Of a stretch of 64,000 nucleotides of DNA, positions 57,011 to 64,000 are shown piece after piece; position 1 is the stretch's first letter, and the number at the start of each line of letters is the position of its first letter. The DNA is taken from NCBI GenBank assembly GCA_951406725.2, contig OX597814.1, positions 164,734,001 to 164,798,000 on the forward strand, written 5' to 3'. The stretch comes from Octopus vulgaris (lineage: Eukaryota). The notes beneath the pieces are model-generated. The model did not search any database, was not told the DNA's origin, and saw nothing but the letters and a program-made list of their open reading frames with translations. The position numbers and the translations under genes are program-made.

Positions 57011-58677
57011 CATACTTATATATACATACATATATGGACACATTTGTGGCAGAATAAGGATAATCGCTTAAATTTACGCACACACTCTCATAAAAGAGAC
57101 AAATGAGTAGATATATACACACCCATACATGTACACACAAGCATATGCATATTATAGAATGTGCATTTATGTATATGTGTGTGCGTGTATGAGAGTATTA
57201 TTTACTCGAGCAATCTGAGACTGGCATGGTAAGGAAATGAAGCCGTAAGTCTACTTATTATAAGAACTAGGTTTGAATTCCTGAAATTAAACTTATTGGT
57301 TATTCACGTTCAAAATCGAATTACTTACAGAAGAGAAGCAGCGATTCCATTAGAGATTGCGTCAATTCTGCTCTACAGAATGAAGTCTCTTAAATTCACG
57401 TCTGCCGTCAATCATATAAGAAATCAGTGACATATTCTGTGCTGCTATCGTATGTTGCTATCGTCTTACTTGAATAACGCAGGATTTATCAACATTATTA
57501 CTCTACATTTATCTGACACTTTTATCTTAGTATTTGGTCGTTGTTTTATTTTGTTTTGGTTTAATTTTGTTTTTGACATTTTATTTACTATTTGTGTGCG
57601 TGTGTGTGTGTATGTGTGTGTGTGTGTTCTGTTTTGTTGCTTGCTTTTTATATTTCAGTAGATGGCTTTAATTTGGTCGTTGTTATTGTTGTTGGTATGA
57701 GGATGAAGATGTAATGGACGATAATACTCTTAGCCGCTTTTATTCTTATTGTTGTTGTTGCCATTGATGATGATGCAATAGGCTTTGACTGGGTTACTCT
57801 TGTTATTGCTGTTCATTATGACGATGCTGTAATAGACAGTTTTGCTTTTTTACGCTGTTTCTATTATTGCTGATATTGCCGCGGTGGCAGTTGCTATAGT
57901 TTAAGTCCAGGTCATGTCTAAACGAATAGTTTCATGATCAAAAACATTCTCGCTCTGACTATGCCGTCCAAAAAAAAAATAATAATAATAATAATTCAGA
58001 CACCGAGTATTTTGGAGCACATTATTCAGTTTCTTACTTCAAGACAATAAGGTGTAAAATAAAGTGTCTTCTCGAATCGCAGAAGTTGGTTACACGGTTT
58101 CCATGTCGTGTAAGGGACCTAAGATCACAACTAACGGAAACCAGTTGTCACAGGGTTACTCGTTTTATAGCTAGGTGGACTGGAGCAACCTGAAATGAAG
58201 GCTTTTGCTCAAGAACACAACGCATCATCCGGTCCGACAATTGAACCCGCGATCTTGCGATCATGAATGCAACATCCTAAACACAATGCCACAGAAAGGA
58301 GATAAGAAAAAAAACCTCACTTCTATTTTAGCATGTCAAGCAATCATGATAAAGTAATTCCTTGCCTCGTTATTGTTATTACTGTTATACACGTTGATTT
58401 TTATACTACATTTTTCTTGAGGTTGTTCTTGTGATTCTTGCTGTTGTTCAGTATCAGCTCAGCTGTAATTGAGCAGATTTATAACGAAAGACATTCCAGG
58501 GTTGATTAATTCCGTTTTTATTTTTATAAGTTTTAGATAGGGAATAATTTTAGTCTGATTTGGCTGCTATTTCTCCGGCAGCTGATCCAGTGACAAAACA
58601 ACGCTTTGTAAAGCTCTACACTAATATTATTATCACCATGATGATATCAATAATATTAATAGCACTACTACTAGTAG

Positions 58678-58795
<118 letters not shown>

Positions 58796-60049
58796 GATTT
58801 CAAACTATGACTCAAGACTAGCAGTTTCGAGAAAAACTGTTTATTGATAGTATATGTGCACTAAATATATTATACACACGCCTGTTTTAACGAAATGCTG
58901 TCTCCGTTGCGTATATCCAGTTTTTAATCTGCCGAACGACTACACACAACACCTGTCAAAGTTTTATTCGTATTTTCCTATATTCAGAAATGACGAATTA
59001 TCATCCGAGCATGTGACTGACTATGTATGCATCATTGAGAACTAGAAAAGGGCCTAGATGGATTTGGTGCTCTCACTGGCCGTTGTCGAGACAAATTTTT
59101 CTCACTGATATTTATTGTGTTTTTAACACTGCACGTCCATTAGAAATGTTATCTCAGGACAAATATTTAAGTAAATGGTCTGTCGACAGTGTTTACACAT
59201 TATGTATGATATATAGATGGTTATACACACGAGGTACACGTACTTAGATGTATTCATACATAAATACATGCACACACACACATGTTCATATATATATATA
59301 TATATATATCGAGGATGATCCGGTTCTTGACTGAAGATTAAAGGCTTCGAATGACCCGTGTGTGTTTTTTGTATCGTCTATTTGGATGTTTTGCGTTCTT
59401 GTCTCATTTTGTGTATATATATATATATATATATGTATATATGAATGAACGTATCATGTGATCACACGACCGTCCAGGCTGTCACAATCCACTTTTGCAT
59501 TGTTTTAGTCTTCAAATGACGCTTATTCGCTGACTAGGTGAGCAGGCCAACAGTTCAACCCGACTGGGCTCTGGAGCAATGTGAAATGAAGTGTTTTTTT
59601 TTTAATCCAGAACACAACGTGCCGCTCAGTCACGGAATCGAACCCATGATCTAGCGATCGTGAGTCCAATAGCCTAACCACTAGGCCAGACACGAACATA
59701 CAGACACAGACACAGGCACACACACGCACCACGGTTGACTGCGCTGTTACAATTAAACTCTGGCCCAACCAACTGAGAATTAATCATGAAATTTTTCTAT
59801 GCCTAGTTTACAACTTAGAGTTCTGTAGAGTTCTGCCACCACCATTAAATGTATTGCTGCTTGTACAACCTCATCAATGATATCAATAGTTACACATACA
59901 CATATATGTATACATGCTACATTAAATATAAACAAATATAGTTTTTTTACATAATATATAATGCAAGTATATATCAAATCTAATGTTACGAAGCTAGATG
60001 TTTCAGTGCAACTAGTTAGAGAGTAAACATTTTCTTCATAACGGAATAT

Positions 60050-60080
<31 letters not shown>

Positions 60081-60101
60081 CATACATACATATATATATA
60101 T

Positions 60102-60444
60102 GTTTCCGGGTTCAGTCCCACTGCATGGCACCTTGGGCAAGTGTCCTCTACAATAGCCACGGGCCGACCAAAGCCTTGTGAGTGGATTTGGTAGACGAAA
60201 ACTGAAAGAAGCCCGTCGTATATATATATATATATATATAAATGTAACCTCGTGTGTACCGTTGGCGATTTTTTCCCTCTGTCTTCCCTTCTCTGGATCT
60301 TTCCTTCTTCTATGTTTCCGACGAAGAGCTCCGCTCGAAACGTTAAACCCTCCGTCTTTCCTTCTTCCCTGAGCGTCCAATAATACTATATTTTTTCCAT
60401 GTCCTCGCGTTGTTGTGTTTTTTCGTGCTTTCTTGTTTGGATAA

Positions 60445-60509
<65 letters not shown>

Positions 60510-60719
60510 TTGTGTGTCTGTGTTTGTCCCCCCAACATCGCTTGGCAACCGATGCTGGTGTATTTATGTCCCTGTAACTTAGCGGTTCGGCAAAAGAGAC
60601 CGATAGAATAAGTACTAGACTTACAGAGAATAAGTCCTAGGGTCGATTTGCTCGACTAAAGGTGGTGCTCCAGCATGGCCACAGTCAAATGACTGAAACA
60701 AGTAAAAGAGTAAAAGAGT
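60102..60719 (+). mobile_element. SINE family A interrupted in its internal (TA)n by a family E element
   Basis: SINE 5' half 60102-60220 and 3' half 60500-60719. Confidence 0.9.
60241..60447 (+). mobile_element. Family E element with hammerhead (60314-60348)
   Basis: gttt-CCGACGA-a-gagc/tcc/gctc-GAAA-cg-TT-aaac; near-identical to 28118-28325. Confidence 0.88.
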
Positions 60720-60814
60720 ATATATATATATAAATTAGAGAAAAAGCACTATTATGTGAAATTCGATTCAATGCTAAATTGAATTTATCCCTGTAAGTTT
60801 GGAGTTATACTCCC

Positions 60815-60860
<46 letters not shown>

Positions 60861-61027
60861 AAAAGAATCCGTACGCGATTTGGTTTAAACGTTGGAAAGA
60901 TTCATCAGAAGATAATGACCAAGTGTGTGTAGAATGTAGAATAATTTTACTCCTTATTCATTCATTTTGTGAGAATCAGCATTTTCAGTCTCGAAGGCAA
61001 TATAATTTCATGAATGTGCATGCAGAT

Positions 61028-61108
61028 CAATGGTTCTCAACCAGGATCCATATAAGAGTTTAGGGGTCCACCAGTGCAAAATAGTAATCAAAGGGTTCCA
61101 TAGGTAAA
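61028..61108. mobile_element. Short hAT (Charlie-like) MITE remnant
   Basis: caatggttctcaacc ... gattgaaaaacatct; imperfect 8-bp flanks atgcagat/atgtagaa. Confidence 0.45.
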
Positions 61109-62196
61109 AAAATGATTGAAAAACATCTATGTAGAAGTAAAAGTATATAACGATCTTAATGCGGTTGGATGGAATTTAGTTCGAGACAAGCGTTATCTCG
61201 AACAGTACTAGAATAGCGTCATAAATAAATGAAATTGCATCAACCCATGATTACTATTTGAAATATATGAGTTCATCAAATTGTAATGTAATATACGTAT
61301 TTCTTTATCTCTAGAGCTCTATTTACATATAATTTTCTATGTCTATCCTAAACGACAAAATCCGGCTTTTTATGTTTGTATTTGGTAAATGTTTTTATAA
61401 GAATGTTCCAACAATATTCCTTGTGTTGATGTTAAGGTATGTATGTATGTATGTATGCATGCATGCATGCATGTATGCATGTATGTATGTATGCCATTAT
61501 TCAGTTTTATTTCAAGATTTCTTGTCAATCGAGAAAGAGTCGGTTTCAAACCTAGATTTAAGGCTCCTTCATTGGAATTTCAACATCAACAGGATATTTT
61601 TGTATGTATGTGTGCATGTATGTATGTATGTATGTATGTATGTATGTATGTATGTATGTATGTATGTATGTATGTATGTATGTAGGTTTTATGTATGAAT
61701 GTATGTATACGTGCAGATTTGTATATTTTTTTATGTATGTCTTATGCATATATTTGCATACATACACACATATGTCTGTCTGTATGCATGTATGCATGTA
61801 TGCATGCATGCATGTATGTACGTATGTACGGGCATGTCTTCAAAACTGAGTCCCAGTGAATCTATTTCACGGTTCCGATTTCTAAAGCGGCTTGTCATAA
61901 ACTGTGAGGATAATTAAATTCATAAGGCGAAGCAACAATACAGATTAATTAAATTCATAAGTGGAAGCAACAATACAGCCACACCTAGCTCCGCGGCAAT
62001 AATAGAACTTTGAAATTATATACAAGCAACATGGAAATAAATAAATCCATAAATACTGAAGACTTTTCTACAACGATGTCCTGATGCAATGAGATACAAG
62101 ACACGTTTAATAAATAGTTGATAGAAGTATATAAGAGCAGAGGAGTAGGGTTGGAGTTACAGTTCTCACTGTAATAAAATAACATTTAAAAAGGGT

Positions 62197-62535
62197 AAAA
62201 AAGTAAAGACCCCCTTCATTCATGAACGATCATACGATTGCTCTTTGAAATTCCTCCCTTAGGTACAAGTCCGGGCAAGTTTGTTTATGGAAGACCAGCA
62301 GTCGACCCTGCACACCAGCCTCCCTCCCCTCCCCATGCCACTGTTGTCCAAGAAAAAGGCAACGTACGATACAGCTTGGCACCAGTGATGTTGCAACTCA
62401 TTTCTACAAACGAGTAATCTGAAGCAACGTGAAATGAAGTGCCTTGCGCAAGAGGACAACACAGTCCAGTTTAGGAATCGAACTCTCTATTTCATGACTG
62501 TTTGCCCGACGCTCTAACCACTGAGCCATGTATCT
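62197..62535 (-). mobile_element. SINE family C
   Basis: Reverse-complement homolog of 432-753. Confidence 0.85.
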
Positions 62536-62573
62536 TCATAAAGTTTCAAAATAAAATCAGAATTAAAACAAGT

Positions 62574-62716
62574 GCAGGCGTGGTTGTGTGACTTTTAGCT
62601 TGCTTCCCAACCATGTAGCTTTGGGTTTAGTCCCACTGAGTTGCACCTTGAGTAAGTGTCTTCTACTGTTGCCCAGTCGAATAAAGCCTTGTGAGCGGAT
62701 TTGGTTGGCGGAAATC
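62574..62716 (+). mobile_element. SINE family A 5' half running into (TATG)n
   Basis: gcaggcgtggttgtgtg...gccttgtgagcggatttgg. Confidence 0.75.
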
Positions 62717-63069
62717 ATGTATGTATGTATGTATGTATGTATGTATGTATGTATGTATGTATGTATGTATGTATGTATGTATGTATGTATGTATGTATGT
62801 ATGGTGTGTGTGTGTCTGTGTATGTATGTATGTATGTATGTATGTATGTATGTATGTATGTATGTATGCATGCATGCATGCATGTATGTATGTATGTATG
62901 TATGTATGTATGTATGTATGTATGTATGTATGTGTGTGTGTGTGTATCTTTGCGTTTGCGTTTGTGTGTGTGATAGAAAATGTGTGTGTGATAGAAAATG
63001 GAATAAACAACATTTAAAAAAATTTTAAATCACTACAATTATTTAAAATCACTGAAATTGTTTCGACGC

Positions 63070-63134
63070 AATGATTACACAACATCTCACCAATGTACCT
63101 GTTGTGCATAGGTGAAATGTTTGTTGTAATCATT
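63070..63134. other. ~65-nt imperfect hairpin (pre-miRNA-like)
   Basis: 27 of 29 left-arm bases pair with the right arm (two mismatches, two single bulges). Confidence 0.35.
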
Positions 63135-64000
63135 ATCATACACCTAAGGTGTAAAATGTGCCTCCCCAGATGATTGTTTACTAAGTCCTTCGTCAGATCC
63201 TAATGTCATTTCACTCAGCATGAGGATGCACACACTAAATGATATGTCATTTTCAGCAGTTTACAGAGAAGATTAAACACATAGATGTAGTGACAGACAA
63301 AATACGGCTGTAGAAATTTGTCGAAACAACATCGTTCATTCAAATTTTAGTCATTATCTATTTATATATACTCTATCAAGCTGTAATAGGTAGAACTGCA
63401 TGCATTTTCTACCTCGTGTTGATGTCTGGCGTGTAGTTCTGCTAATTATAGACGATCATACTGAAGATCTACAGATAAATTATGTAAGTAAAATTACGTA
63501 ATTTGTTGATAGGGAAACATGTGTTTATGATTAATCTATATTTTTCATTTGTCTTGCTCGCTTACGTTTCTGGTGTTTGCTAAATTTTCTAGAGAGCAAT
63601 TCTTATTGGTTAAGACCATAACGGATCTTCTTCTAGCATAAGGGCTTCCACATAGTGGTAAAATTCCCTCTTATATATATATATATACTCTATTGATACT
63701 ATGGAATCCCTAATGTATACCCAGTGGCAAGAACATTTCACTGTACGATACCAGATAGTCAATAACTGTGGACGAGCTTTGTATAGCAAGAAACAAATTA
63801 TCTGCGTGGGAATTCCAATGAACTTATGTTCTAGGCAGACAGGAATGAGTGAATTCTAAATTTTGGTGCTAAGAGGAAGAGATAAAATAAACGATTTGGG
63901 TGTGCCTGTATGGATAGGGTTAAACATCAACCTACTCTAAGGGTAGAAAAGACAGAATACGGATGTTCAACATTTGTATTCGTCAGAGGTTGGACAATTT

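Noticed and set aside
59320-59365. CTGAAGA...GAA motif
   Set aside because: Lacks GAAA-helix III-UH and helix I.
61911-61978. 35-bp tandem duplication (similar short ones near 11708, 24883, 34588 and 62963)
   Set aside because: Two-copy slippage duplications with no further structure.
62128-62170. TATATAAG plus CAGTT promoter-like spacing
   Set aside because: Expected by chance in AT-rich DNA; no downstream gene evidence.

Overview
AT-rich, microsatellite-saturated animal DNA, intergenic or intronic. The SINE and microsatellite content resembles an octopus (coleoid cephalopod) genome; this is an inference from repeat recognition. No intact host coding gene is supported, and nearly all listed ORFs are microsatellite read-throughs. 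The window holds three tRNA-derived SINE families (about 30 copies), four R4/Dong-type LINE fragments beside (TAA)n tracts, a 540-bp non-coding element found twice in (TAA)n, RTE-like leader elements, mariner relics, several MITEs, Helitron-like ends and Penelope-like (PLE) GIY-YIG fragments. The most striking signal is about 15 short non-coding elements from several unrelated families, mostly in (TA)n/(CA)n tracts. Each carries a minimal type I hammerhead ribozyme motif with a palindromic helix III. Variants include C4, U3-A8 and a long helix II, and several elements have fold-back ends. Other signals are a probable SINE-mediated inversion, a local inverted duplication, two miRNA-like hairpins and a candidate 30-nt microexon. 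All structures were read by eye; no searches or folding were run.
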